Of a DNA stretch of 64,000 nt, positions 1 through 8,495 are shown piece after piece. Source of the stretch: Eubacteriales bacterium (lineage in GTDB: Bacteria; Bacillota; Clostridia; Oscillospirales; QAKW01); assembly GCA_045593905.1 (NCBI GenBank), contig JAZNXL010000069.1:13355-77354 (forward strand), in the 5' to 3' direction. Each line of letters opens with the position of its first letter. The stretch's first letter is position 1. A program made the translations under genes and the position numbers. The notes under the pieces are model-generated. The model had not been told where the DNA came from. It saw nothing but the letters and a program-made list of their open reading frames with translations, and did no database searches.

Positions 1-12
1 AACAAAATAAGT

Positions 13-1437
13 ATGCATAAACGGATATTTTTTAAATATTACACAATATGCGTGTTTATTGTTTTTTTAACAGTTTCGGTGCTCGGCTTTGCAACAAGTA
101 CGGTAATTGGCGTTCAATCTTTTAACACCCAGAGTCAGAGTATGGAGCGCGCCGCAAACAAGGTTGCAAGCACTATTGCCGACCTGCCAAAAAACTATGC
201 CGTTTTTGCAGGCAACATATTCGACGCCTCAATAAGCACCGTTAAAGAAACAATAAAAAGCGAAATTTTTGTGTTTAACCAAAAAGGTGAGATTGCGCTG
301 ACTACCCTCTCGCCCTACGACACAAGCACAAAAAACTTTTTTTCAACTGCCGATATAAACTCGGTGCTTGGCGGCGAGGTTTGTAAACGCGCGCGTTCGT
401 ACGGCAAGCGCAACACAACGCTTGGCTACACAGTCGGCGTGCCGATTGTGTCAGGCGACAATAACATAAGCGGCGCGGTGTTTGTAACAACATCGGAGAT
501 TAATATGCGAAGCATTTTTGCAAGCACCTTTGTAACCTTTGCATGCTGCGGTTTTATTGTACTTATAATCGCGTTTATTGTGCTTATATTTGTAACGCGG
601 CGTATGACAAAGCCAATTAACGATATGTACGTTGCAGCAAACAAGTTTAAAGGCGGCGATTTTTCAACAAGGCTTAACGTTTCGAGTTCAAACGAATACG
701 CTCCGCTTGTAAACGCCTTTAACTCAATGGCTGACGGTATTGAAAATTTAGAAGGGATGCGCCGCGGCTTTATTGCCGACGTATCGCACGAGCTAAGAAC
801 ACCAATGACCGCAATCACAGGGTTTGTTGACGGCGTGCTCGACGGCACTATCCCGCCCGAGCTACACCAAAAATACTTAAAAACAGTATCAGAAGAAGCG
901 CACCGTATGTCGCGGCTTGTTGACAGCTTTTTAGATATTGCAAAAATACAGGCAGGGCAAATTTCATACGTGAAAAAACCGTTTGATATTGTTGCAACAA
1001 TAGGCAAGGTTTTGTTTGCCTTCGAAGAAAAAATTGCACAAAAGAATATAGACTTAAGCTTTAGTTACTGCGACGATTATGTTTTGGTGCTTGGCGACGA
1101 GGACGCAATTTACCGCGTTGTGTTCAACCTTGTCGACAACGCGCTCAAGTTTACTGAGGGCGGCGGTAAAATTGACATTGGCGTAAATGCCGTCAATGAC
1201 AAGGTACAAATTAGCATTTATAACACCGGCTGCGGTATTTCAAAAGAGGACGCGGCTAACATATTCGAAAGATTTTACAAGGCCGACAAAAGCCGTTCGC
1301 AAAATAAACGCGGAACGGGTATTGGTCTTTATCTTGTTAAAAATATTATTAAAGAGCACGGCGAGGATATAATACTCACCTCAAAAGAGGGCGAGTATGC
1401 AAGGTTTAGCTTTACCCTGCCCGCCTGCGAAGAATAA
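13..1437 (+). CDS. Sensor histidine kinase (TM-HAMP-HisKA-HATPase_c)
   Basis: H-box FIADVSHELRTPMT, N-box DNALKFT, G-box GTGIGLYL. Two hydrophobic segments flank an extracytoplasmic part. The partner response regulator is not in the window. Confidence 0.9.
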   Translation: MHKRIFFKYYTICVFIVFLTVSVLGFATSTVIGVQSFNTQSQSMERAANKVASTIADLPKNYAVFAGNIFDASISTVKETIKSEIFVFNQKGEIALTTLSPYDTSTKNFFSTADINSVLGGEVCKRARSYGKRNTTLGYTVGVPIVSGDNNISGAVFVTTSEINMRSIFASTFVTFACCGFIVLIIAFIVLIFVTRRMTKPINDMYVAANKFKGGDFSTRLNVSSSNEYAPLVNAFNSMADGIENLEGMRRGFIADVSHELRTPMTAITGFVDGVLDGTIPPELHQKYLKTVSEEAHRMSRLVDSFLDIAKIQAGQISYVKKPFDIVATIGKVLFAFEEKIAQKNIDLSFSYCDDYVLVLGDEDAIYRVVFNLVDNALKFTEGGGKIDIGVNAVNDKVQISIYNTGCGISKEDAANIFERFYKADKSRSQNKRGTGIGLYLVKNIIKEHGEDIILTSKEGEYARFSFTLPACEE

Positions 1438-1447
1438 GGAGAATTTT

Positions 1448-2698
1448 ATGAGCGAAAATAACAACGAGTACACCTGGCAAAACCCCGGCCCGTACAATTC
1501 AGATAACGAGGGGTATACAGGCTACACCGGTTACACTCCCCAAAAACCGCAAAAACCCAAAAAGCCAAAAAACGCAAGGCGCAAGCTTACAGGCGTTGAG
1601 ATTGCACTTATTGCAGTGGGCGGAATTTCGGTACTGCTTTTGGTTGCAGTTATAACACTTGTGTCAATGTTTGTTATAGACAGCAAGCAACCTGAAGCGC
1701 AAACAAACGAGCAAACACAAAGCGACTCGAATAAAAAGCCGAGCACTACACCGCCGTCGCTCGAAACACAACAGCCTACAGGCGATGCGCTTACAATTCC
1801 TCAGGTTTATGAAAAGGTTAAAGACTCGGTTGTTGGCGTTGTTGTTACAACCGCGGCAAATCAAAAGGTATCGCAAGGCTCGGGCACAGGCATTATTCTT
1901 ACCGAAGACGGATATATTTCGACAAACGCACACGTTGTTGAGGGCGCTACAAAAATAAAGGTAGTGCTTACCGACGAGAGCGAACACGAGGCAGAGCTTA
2001 TAGGAAGCGACTCGCGTACCGACCTTGCAGTTTTAAAAATAAATAAATCAGGGCTGACACCTGCCGAGATTGGCGACAGCGACCAGCTTGTTGTAGGTCA
2101 GACGGTTGTTGCAATCGGTAACCCTTACGGACTTGAGCTTGCAGGCACCGTTACATCGGGCATTGTTTCAGCACTCAACCGCCAGATTGTTATTGAAAGC
2201 TTTTATATGACACTTATTCAGACCGATGCGTCAATCAACCCCGGTAACTCGGGCGGACCGCTTGTTAACGACAACGGTCAGGTAGTTGGTATTACGTCGT
2301 CAAAAATTGTTTCGAGCGGCTACGAGGGCATTGGCTTTGCAATTCCCATTACAAGCGCTACCACAATTATTCAAGAGCTTATTCAGTACGGATATATCAA
2401 AGACCGCCCATTCATTGGTATTCAGGGCAGCGATATTGACAAAAACTACGCATCGCTCTATTCACTCCCCGAGGGTGTTTATGTTGAGTATGTTGACCCC
2501 GAAAGCGACGCCTACAAAAAAGGCTTAAAACGCGGCGATATTATTATTGAGGCTGACGGCGTTAAAATTTCGTCAATGGCTGAGCTTGATGCCGAGAAAA
2601 ACAAAAAATCACCCGGACAAACGCTCACACTCACAGTTTACAGAAACACTAAAAAAATTGAGATAGCGGTTGTACTTTCAGAGTCAACTGGCGATTAA
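1448..2698 (+). CDS. htrA: HtrA/DegP-family serine protease with PDZ domain, membrane anchored
   Basis: Trypsin-fold triad contexts TNAHVV, DLAVLK, GNSGGPL; PDZ-like C-terminus; one TM helix after a Pro/Lys-rich N-terminus. Start placed at ATG 1448, 6 nt after AAGGAGAA, instead of track ATG 1397, which overlaps the kinase. Confidence 0.9.
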   Translation: MSENNNEYTWQNPGPYNSDNEGYTGYTGYTPQKPQKPKKPKNARRKLTGVEIALIAVGGISVLLLVAVITLVSMFVIDSKQPEAQTNEQTQSDSNKKPSTTPPSLETQQPTGDALTIPQVYEKVKDSVVGVVVTTAANQKVSQGSGTGIILTEDGYISTNAHVVEGATKIKVVLTDESEHEAELIGSDSRTDLAVLKINKSGLTPAEIGDSDQLVVGQTVVAIGNPYGLELAGTVTSGIVSALNRQIVIESFYMTLIQTDASINPGNSGGPLVNDNGQVVGITSSKIVSSGYEGIGFAIPITSATTIIQELIQYGYIKDRPFIGIQGSDIDKNYASLYSLPEGVYVEYVDPESDAYKKGLKRGDIIIEADGVKISSMAELDAEKNKKSPGQTLTLTVYRNTKKIEIAVVLSESTGD

Positions 2699-2727
2699 AA
2701 AAAGACACCTTAAAGGTGTCTTTTTTA
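2697..2727. terminator. Bidirectional Rho-independent terminator between htrA and the MFS gene
   Basis: AGACACCT / AGGTGTCT stem with TAA-type loop, A-run upstream and T-run downstream. Confidence 0.8.
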
Positions 2728-4002
2728 TTGTTTTGTAAACCGTTTCCAAATGGGTGTTGCGATTGTACACATAACAAATGCAATAACTGCAAACACAATC
2801 CAAAATATAATAGTTGTGTTCCAACCGTAGTTTTGAGCAACATATCCAAACAGTATGTTGGCAACAACTGCACCGTAAGAGGCGATTGCATTAACGATTG
2901 ATGCAACAGAGCCGGAGTGTCCATACCTTGAAAAGTGAGCAGGAATTATAACGTCCATTAACTGATGAGCCGCGTACATAAGCGTTGTTATAACCGCTAA
3001 AAACAGCACTATAAACAACACCGAAATTTTACCGATAAGCAGTAGTAAAAGAGTAAACGGCACTGTTATTAAAAAGCAGAGTCCCGATGCAAAAAACGAA
3101 TTTTTTGTAACGCGAGGATACAAAATACCTGCAATAAATATGCCGCCCAGATTAACAAAAACAATCGCCGTTGTAAGCATATTTGCAAAGCTGGGTGAAA
3201 TACCCGAATAGCTCTCAATTATCATTGTAGGCACCCACGCTTTTAAGCCAACGTCAAGAGAGGTGCGTATAAACGACGGAACAAGCAACAATACAAGACC
3301 GCTTGCTAAAACAATTTTTAACAGGCTATGGCTTTGTTCGCTTTTGCCTGTTACGCCGGATGTGTCGTCATACAAATGTTTTTGATATTCATAATGCAGT
3401 GCAACACATGCGGTTTTTGTTTTTATAACAACAATACGCCAGCCAATAAACGTAACAGCCAAAATAACCGACATTAATATAAATAGTACCTTCCAGTGCG
3501 AAACTGCTAAAACAATTGATGCAAAAAGATAGTTTAACAGCATACCGGCACAGTAGCAAAACGAAATTGCGCTCATTGCCGAATATGTATGGTCGGGGTG
3601 CAAAAACTCGGTTATTATGCGAAGAATAGCAGGCCATATTGCAAACTGTATCAGTCCGCAAAGGCTCCAGAATACAAGCATTAAAACAAAACTGTTCGAA
3701 AACGCCATTCCGAGTGTTGCAATAGCAGTACCTATAAGCGTTATATTAACAAGTCGTGACGGCTGAATTTTGTCAACAAGCTTAACACCTACAAGCTGCG
3801 CGGTACCATAAAACAAATAAAAGCTTGCATTTATAACGCCTGCCTGTGATTTATTAAAAAGTCCTTCTTCAATAATTGATGCAATTGATGCTGAATAGGT
3901 GCTTTTTGTCATTGACACAACAGCATAAATTATCCAGCTTGCAATAAATAATACCCAGCTGGCACGTTTTGGACTTGTTATTTGCCTGAGTTTAATTTTC
4001 AT
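2725..4002 (-). CDS. MFS-type transporter
   Basis: 425 aa, about 12 hydrophobic helices, no soluble domain. Family-level call only. Confidence 0.75.
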   Translation of the reverse strand: MKIKLRQITSPKRASWVLFIASWIIYAVVSMTKSTYSASIASIIEEGLFNKSQAGVINASFYLFYGTAQLVGVKLVDKIQPSRLVNITLIGTAIATLGMAFSNSFVLMLVFWSLCGLIQFAIWPAILRIITEFLHPDHTYSAMSAISFCYCAGMLLNYLFASIVLAVSHWKVLFILMSVILAVTFIGWRIVVIKTKTACVALHYEYQKHLYDDTSGVTGKSEQSHSLLKIVLASGLVLLLVPSFIRTSLDVGLKAWVPTMIIESYSGISPSFANMLTTAIVFVNLGGIFIAGILYPRVTKNSFFASGLCFLITVPFTLLLLLIGKISVLFIVLFLAVITTLMYAAHQLMDVIIPAHFSRYGHSGSVASIVNAIASYGAVVANILFGYVAQNYGWNTTIIFWIVFAVIAFVMCTIATPIWKRFTKQ

Positions 4003-4040
4003 TGTATCTATACCTTCTTTTTAAAAGATATGTTAAATAA

Positions 4041-4068
4041 ATTATATAACCAATTTAAATGTTGTCAA
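4041..4068 (-). promoter_or_regulatory. Putative sigma-A promoter of the MFS gene
   Basis: Minus strand TTGACA (4063-4068), 16-nt spacer, TATAAT (4041-4046). Confidence 0.4.
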
Positions 4069-4095
4069 CAACAATTATTAAACTTTCGGAATATT

Positions 4096-4156
4096 AATGA
4101 ATTGCCTACGGCATTAATTGAGTCTTACGACTGATGAATTGCACCTTTGGCACATT
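4096..4156. repeat. Mini-hairpin array, ATGAATT-linker family (about 3 units)
   Basis: AATGAATT-GCC TAC GGC-ATTAATT-GAGTC TTAC GACT-GATGAATT-GCACCTTTGGCAC-ATT. Same linker plus short GC hairpin units as at 14329-14419, 14801-14886, 22267-22390 and 28266-28373. Confidence 0.55.
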
Positions 4157-4183
4157 AAAAAAGCACCCTTTCGGGTGCTTTTT
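4157..4183. terminator. Rho-independent terminator hairpin (GCACCC TTTC GGGTGC), copy 1 of a recurrent sequence
   Basis: AAAAAAGCACCCTTTCGGGTGCTTTTT, with A-run and T-run on both sides. Confidence 0.7.
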
Positions 4184-4213
4184 AGCTAAATAGTTGCTGA
4201 CGCAACAGCTTTA

Positions 4214-4351
4214 AAGTAAAAGGTAAAAAGTAATAGTGAAAAAGTAATGAAGGAACACAAGAAAAGCTTGTGTTCCTTTTAATTTAAAAAACTCGGCTAA
4301 AAGCCGAGTTTATCCTTAACTATTCACTATTCACTCTTACCTATCACCTAT
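4214..4351 (+). repeat. Composite palindromic intergenic element, copy A (purine heptad arm, hairpin H1, hairpin H2, pyrimidine heptad arm)
   Basis: AAGTAAAAGGTAAAAAGTAATAGTGAAAAAGTAA / GGAACACAAG-loop-CTTGTGTTCC / TTTTAATTTAAAAAA / CTCGGCT-AAA-AGCCGAG / TTTATCCTTAACTATTCACTATTCAC. Alignable with copies at 7847, 18243, 29667 and 40197. Confidence 0.85.
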
Positions 4352-4381
4352 AAAAAAAGCACCCTTTCGGGTGCATTTTTT
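4352..4381 (-). terminator. Rho-independent terminator of the DUF3810-like gene, copy 2 of the GCACCC TTTC GGGTGC hairpin
   Basis: AAAAAAAGCACCCTTTCGGGTGCATTTTTT directly abutting the stop codon at 4380-4382. Confidence 0.75.
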
Positions 4382-5870
4382 AATTAGGATGATATTCTTC
4401 GTAAAGTTCGTCTACTGCGTCTTGATAATCGTAATCAATTTTATAGAAGTTTGTAAGGTAGTTGCAGTATTTACCGTAGTCAACAGGCTCGCTGTCGTCT
4501 ATTCTTACCTTACCCTCATCAACGTTGTCGCGGTATTCAACAAGCAACAGCTTTGCGATGTCGCAAGCCTGTGCTTTTGAGATTGTTTCGTTTGATGCGA
4601 TAAAGCCGATGTCACTTGAAAGACCATACAATTTATCAAGCTCTTTTACAAGCGCTACGTACTCTTTTTTAGCGTCGCTTACAAGCGCGTTTGCAAGGTA
4701 GAGATGAAGGTCTTTACCGTTTGTTTTATAAAACTGTGAGCTGAGTGAAAGGTATGCGTTAAAGTAGCCCGAGTAGTTAAGGTAGTAGTCGTCTGAGTAC
4801 TGGGTGCATACGAGGAATGCGATAAAGTCGGCATCGCCGTCGTCGGTGTAGCCGCGTTGCATTGCCATTGTTTTTGCAACCTGCATAGGCACTACAATTT
4901 CGGGGTAGTAGTTGTTTACGCAAATTTCACCTGTAAAGGGTGAATATATACTCGAGATTTGGAAAGACGAGTAAACACCCGAGAACAAAAGCTCTTTTGA
5001 GTTTAATTTTTTACCCTTGAGTGTGGGGATATCTTTTGCGGCTTTTTTGAACGCTTCGTTTACGCGCTCGGTAATTTTATCGGTTGCTTTACCTTTGCCC
5101 TGATATCTTGAAAGGTTACTCTTTGTGAAAAAGATTTCGCCTGCGCCCTCGTAAAGAGAGTTATTGATGCCGTCGATAAGGTAGAGCATGGTTTCTGAAA
5201 ACTCCATATTTGTTACCTTAGCCGAGGTATATGGTGTTGATTTTGATAAAAAGTTACGGTATGAGAACACGCCGTAGCACATTGACGATAAAAGCGCAAA
5301 CACACCTGCAACAGCAAGCAATGTGTAGCCAAACTGTATCCACAGTCCGCCTTTGCGCACACCGCCTTTAACCTGAATTGTGCGAACTATTATGTACACA
5401 AGGTAAGCAAGTATGCCAAGAGCTGTAGCGCAGATAATAATTTCGAACATAGGGATTGGAATAAGGCTGAATACTTTAGCAATACCGCCCGAAACGCCCC
5501 TGAACGCTTTTGCAAACGACTCACCTGTTGAGCGTGAGCTTGTTGCAATAAAGTAAAGAACTGCGCCAACAATACCTAAAAATATGCACGACCATTTTAC
5601 AATTGACGACCAAAGCGGGTTCATAAGCAAAATTTTTGCTTTTTGACCTTTGGTGAGCGGTTGCTCCTCGTCAGGTGTGTCGATTTGCTCGAGTTCGATT
5701 TCGACCTCTTGCTCATCGGTAGGTGCATCTATATTTTCGAGTTCGTCTTGTTGCTCGATTACTGTATCTTGTGTTATTTCTTCAGTTGCAACTGGTGCTT
5801 CTGACTGAGCCTCTATAACCTCTTGCTCGCCTTCGAGCTCGGGTGTTATATTTTCATAGTTTTCGCTCAT
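4380..5870 (-). CDS. DUF3810-like membrane protein with acidic N-terminal extension; metallopeptidase-like motif degenerate
   Basis: The segment YSPFTGEICVNN...VAKTMAMQRGYTDDGDADFIAFLVC...YSGYF aligns, from memory, to the DUF3810 core, where HExxH normally sits (here KTMAM). Three to four TM helices. The first ~75 aa are Glu/Asp/Gln-rich. Confidence 0.6.
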   Translation of the reverse strand: MSENYENITPELEGEQEVIEAQSEAPVATEEITQDTVIEQQDELENIDAPTDEQEVEIELEQIDTPDEEQPLTKGQKAKILLMNPLWSSIVKWSCIFLGIVGAVLYFIATSSRSTGESFAKAFRGVSGGIAKVFSLIPIPMFEIIICATALGILAYLVYIIVRTIQVKGGVRKGGLWIQFGYTLLAVAGVFALLSSMCYGVFSYRNFLSKSTPYTSAKVTNMEFSETMLYLIDGINNSLYEGAGEIFFTKSNLSRYQGKGKATDKITERVNEAFKKAAKDIPTLKGKKLNSKELLFSGVYSSFQISSIYSPFTGEICVNNYYPEIVVPMQVAKTMAMQRGYTDDGDADFIAFLVCTQYSDDYYLNYSGYFNAYLSLSSQFYKTNGKDLHLYLANALVSDAKKEYVALVKELDKLYGLSSDIGFIASNETISKAQACDIAKLLLVEYRDNVDEGKVRIDDSEPVDYGKYCNYLTNFYKIDYDYQDAVDELYEEYHPN

Positions 5871-5888
5871 GAAATATCCTCCTCGAAT

Positions 5889-5930
5889 ACTATATAAGTA
5901 TATAGTATACTATATTAACTAAAAGTTCAA
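5889..5930 (-). promoter_or_regulatory. Putative promoter with overlapping dyad symmetries upstream of the DUF3810-like gene
   Basis: Minus strand TTGAAC (5925-5930), 17 nt, TACTAT (5902-5907). ACTATATA-AG-TATATAGT (5889-5906) and the perfect 14-bp palindrome TATAGTATACTATA (5901-5914) overlap the -10. Confidence 0.4.
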
Positions 5931-5947
5931 TAGTAATTTACTATTTT

Positions 5948-6796
5948 TTATGCGTTTACCTCAAATAAAACGCCGAGTGTGTTAGGACCGCAGTGGCTTG
6001 TAATAACACAGCCTGCCTCGTTTTCGTAAACCTCGTCAAAGCTTAATTTTGATTTAACCGTCTCAACAACCGAGTTTACGATTTGCTCGTCGCATTTTGT
6101 ATGTGTTATAAACACGCGTTTTGTATTAATATTGGGGGTTGACATTACCTTGTCAACGTATTTTAAAAGCACAGCTGCATAGCTGCCCCTGAACTTGTCA
6201 GCCATTGCCATTTTGCCGTTTTCACCAACGTCGATTTCGGGCTTTATTTTTAAAAGATTGGCGCCGAGCATTGCAACTGCCGAGCATCTTCCGCCCATTT
6301 TTAAATACTCAAGCTGGTCAATAACAAAGCTTGCGCGAACAAGCTTGGTGCGTGCCTGGAGCTCACTATAAATTTCGCTGCCCGACTTACCGCTCTCTGC
6401 CATATCGCAAGCATCAAGCACTAAAAGAGCAGAGCCTGTTGAAAGGTTTAAAGAGTCAACAACGTACACGCCCCCTACCTCGCTTGCGGCGATTTTTGCG
6501 TTTTGGTGGCTTGAAGACATTTCAGAAGAAAGGCTTATATGCACAACCTCTTTGCCCTCGCTAACGTGTTTTTTAAAGAGTGTTATATAGTCGTCAACCG
6601 AGCCTGCCGAGGTTTTGGGGAGTGTGCCGTTTTTGTCTACAAACTCGTAAATATCGGTAGGTGTTACCTCAACACCGTCGCGAAGCGATTTGTCGCCGAG
6701 CACGGTATAAAGCGGCATAACCTCGACATTATGCTTTTGCACAAGCTCCTTTGGTAAATCACAAGTGCTGTCGGCAGTTATTTTTATATTAGACAT
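5948..6796 (-). CDS. DegV-family fatty-acid-binding protein
   Basis: N-terminal IKITADSTCDLP and overall DegV-like sequence, 282 aa. Confidence 0.85.
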   Translation of the reverse strand: MSNIKITADSTCDLPKELVQKHNVEVMPLYTVLGDKSLRDGVEVTPTDIYEFVDKNGTLPKTSAGSVDDYITLFKKHVSEGKEVVHISLSSEMSSSHQNAKIAASEVGGVYVVDSLNLSTGSALLVLDACDMAESGKSGSEIYSELQARTKLVRASFVIDQLEYLKMGGRCSAVAMLGANLLKIKPEIDVGENGKMAMADKFRGSYAAVLLKYVDKVMSTPNINTKRVFITHTKCDEQIVNSVVETVKSKLSFDEVYENEAGCVITSHCGPNTLGVLFEVNA

Positions 6797-6930
6797 TGTA
6801 ATTCTCCTAAATATTATTATTCATTATAATTTTATACAAATTTTAATAATATGTCAAGTAAACATTGACTTTTTTATACCGCAAGGGGTATAATGTTATG
6901 GTAATAATTTTGTTAACGGAGGAAATTTTT

Positions 6931-7794
6931 ATGTTAGTTTCGGCAAAAGAAATGATGCAAAAAGCTTACGAGGGCCACTACGCAGTTGGTCAGTTCAACA
7001 TCAACAACCTTGAGTGGACAAAAGCTATCCTTTTAACTGCACAAGAATGTAACTCACCTGTTATTCTTGGCGTTTCAGAGGGTGCAGGTAAGTATATGTG
7101 CGGCTACAAAACAGTTGTTGGTATGGTTAACGGTATGCTCGAAGAATTAAACATTACTGTTCCTGTTGCTCTTCACCTTGACCACGGCTCATACGAAGCT
7201 GCTAAAACCGTTATCCGCGATGGTTTTTCATCTGTTATGTTTGACGGTTCACACTACGACATCGAAGAAAACATAGAAAAAACAAAAGAGATTATTGCTC
7301 TTGCAAACGAAAAAGGCCTTTCAGTTGAGGCTGAAGTTGGTGCAATCGGCGGCGAAGAAGACGGCGTAACAGGCAGAGGCGAGGTTGCTGATGCTGACGA
7401 GTGCAAGCTCATTGCTGACCTTGGCGTGTCAATGCTTGCTGCAGGTATTGGTAACATTCACGGCAAATACCCTGCAAACTGGGCAGGTCTCGACTTTGAC
7501 GCTTTACAAAAAATCTCTGAAAAAACAAGCGGTATGCCCCTCGTTCTTCACGGCGGTACAGGTATTCCTGCTGATATGGTTAAAAAAGCAATCGCTCTTG
7601 GCGTTTCAAAGGTAAACGTTAACACCGAGTGCCAAATCGCTTTCACCGAAGCTACAAGAAAATACTTTGAAGCAGGTAAAGACCTTGTTGGTAAAGGCTT
7701 TGACCCCAGAAAAGTTTTAGCTGACGGCGTTGAGGCTATTAAAGCTACTGTTAAAGAAAAGATGGAACTTTTCGGCTCAGTAAATAAGGCATAA
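6931..7794 (+). CDS. fba: Class II fructose-1,6-bisphosphate aldolase
   Basis: VILGVSEGA, HLDHG and VLHGGTGIP motifs. Start at ATG 6931 preceded by GGAGG (6918-6922); the track start at 6865 adds an implausible leader. Confidence 0.93.
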   Translation: MLVSAKEMMQKAYEGHYAVGQFNINNLEWTKAILLTAQECNSPVILGVSEGAGKYMCGYKTVVGMVNGMLEELNITVPVALHLDHGSYEAAKTVIRDGFSSVMFDGSHYDIEENIEKTKEIIALANEKGLSVEAEVGAIGGEEDGVTGRGEVADADECKLIADLGVSMLAAGIGNIHGKYPANWAGLDFDALQKISEKTSGMPLVLHGGTGIPADMVKKAIALGVSKVNVNTECQIAFTEATRKYFEAGKDLVGKGFDPRKVLADGVEAIKATVKEKMELFGSVNKA

Positions 7795-7813
7795 GCCTGT
7801 AAAAATTATATGC

Positions 7814-7844
7814 AAAAATGGCGGTTTTAAACCGCCATTTTTTA
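7814..7844 (+). terminator. Rho-independent terminator of fba
   Basis: AATGGCGGTTT / AAACCGCCATT stem followed by a T-run. Confidence 0.8.
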
Positions 7845-7846
7845 TT

Positions 7847-7983
7847 TAGGTAATAGGTAAGAGTGAATAGTGAATAGATTAGGACAAAACTCGGCTTAAA
7901 GCCGAGTTTTATAAATTAAAAGGAACACAACCAAAGTTGTGTTCCCTCGTTACCTTTTCACTATTACTTTTTACTTATTACCT
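7847..7983 (-). repeat. Composite palindromic intergenic element, copy B (inverted orientation)
   Basis: Reverse complement aligns with copies A, C and E. H2 is CTCGGCT-TAA-AGCCGAG; H1 is GGAACACAAC-CAAA-GTTGTGTTCC. Heptad arms on both sides. Confidence 0.85.
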
Positions 7984-7987
7984 AAAT

Positions 7988-8018
7988 AAAAAAAGCAGTC
8001 TTTCGACTGCTTATTTTT
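7988..8018 (-). terminator. Rho-independent terminator of rplS
   Basis: GCAGTC TTTC GACTGC hairpin with a T-run on the minus strand, 2 nt after the rplS stop. Confidence 0.75.
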
Positions 8019-8019
8019 A

Positions 8020-8361
8020 TTAAACCTTTTGTTTAACTTTAGCTGATTTGCCGACTCTGTCACGAATGTAGAAGAGTTTTGCACGTCTAACTTTACCTTG
8101 GCGTACAACTTCGACTTTTTCAACCTTGGGTGAATTAACGAGAAATGTTCTTTCAACACCAACGCCGTAAGCAACACGTCTAACTTTGAAAGTTTCTGAG
8201 ATGCCGCCGCCGTGTTTAGCGATGATTGTGCCTTCAAATACCTGAGTTCTTTCTCTGTTACCCTCTTTAACTTTTACGCTAACACGAACTGTATCACCGA
8301 TGTTAAGAGTGTATTTGTCAGCTTTGATTTGCTCGTCAGTTACAGCCTTTAAATAATCCAT
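8020..8361 (-). CDS. rplS: 50S ribosomal protein L19
   Basis: 113 aa with typical L19 sequence ([27 protein letters not shown]...[11 protein letters not shown]). Confidence 0.95.
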   Translation of the reverse strand: MDYLKAVTDEQIKADKYTLNIGDTVRVSVKVKEGNRERTQVFEGTIIAKHGGGISETFKVRRVAYGVGVERTFLVNSPKVEKVEVVRQGKVRRAKLFYIRDRVGKSAKVKQKV

Positions 8362-8495
8362 AGTAACCGTTCCTCCTTAAAAAATTTAGGGACTTTACAG
8401 ACATTCATGCGAGCAATAGCAGAGGACTGTCCGTTATAAGTTTATCTCAATCTTGAATATGATAACACATATATTTTTAAAATGCAACTGTTTTT

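Noticed and set aside
8362-8495. Ribosomal-protein L19 leader upstream of rplS
   Set aside because: A ~95-nt leader behind a plausible TTGCAT-17-TATCAT promoter exists, but I could not identify convincing conserved stems by eye. It needs a covariance-model search (Rfam L19_leader).
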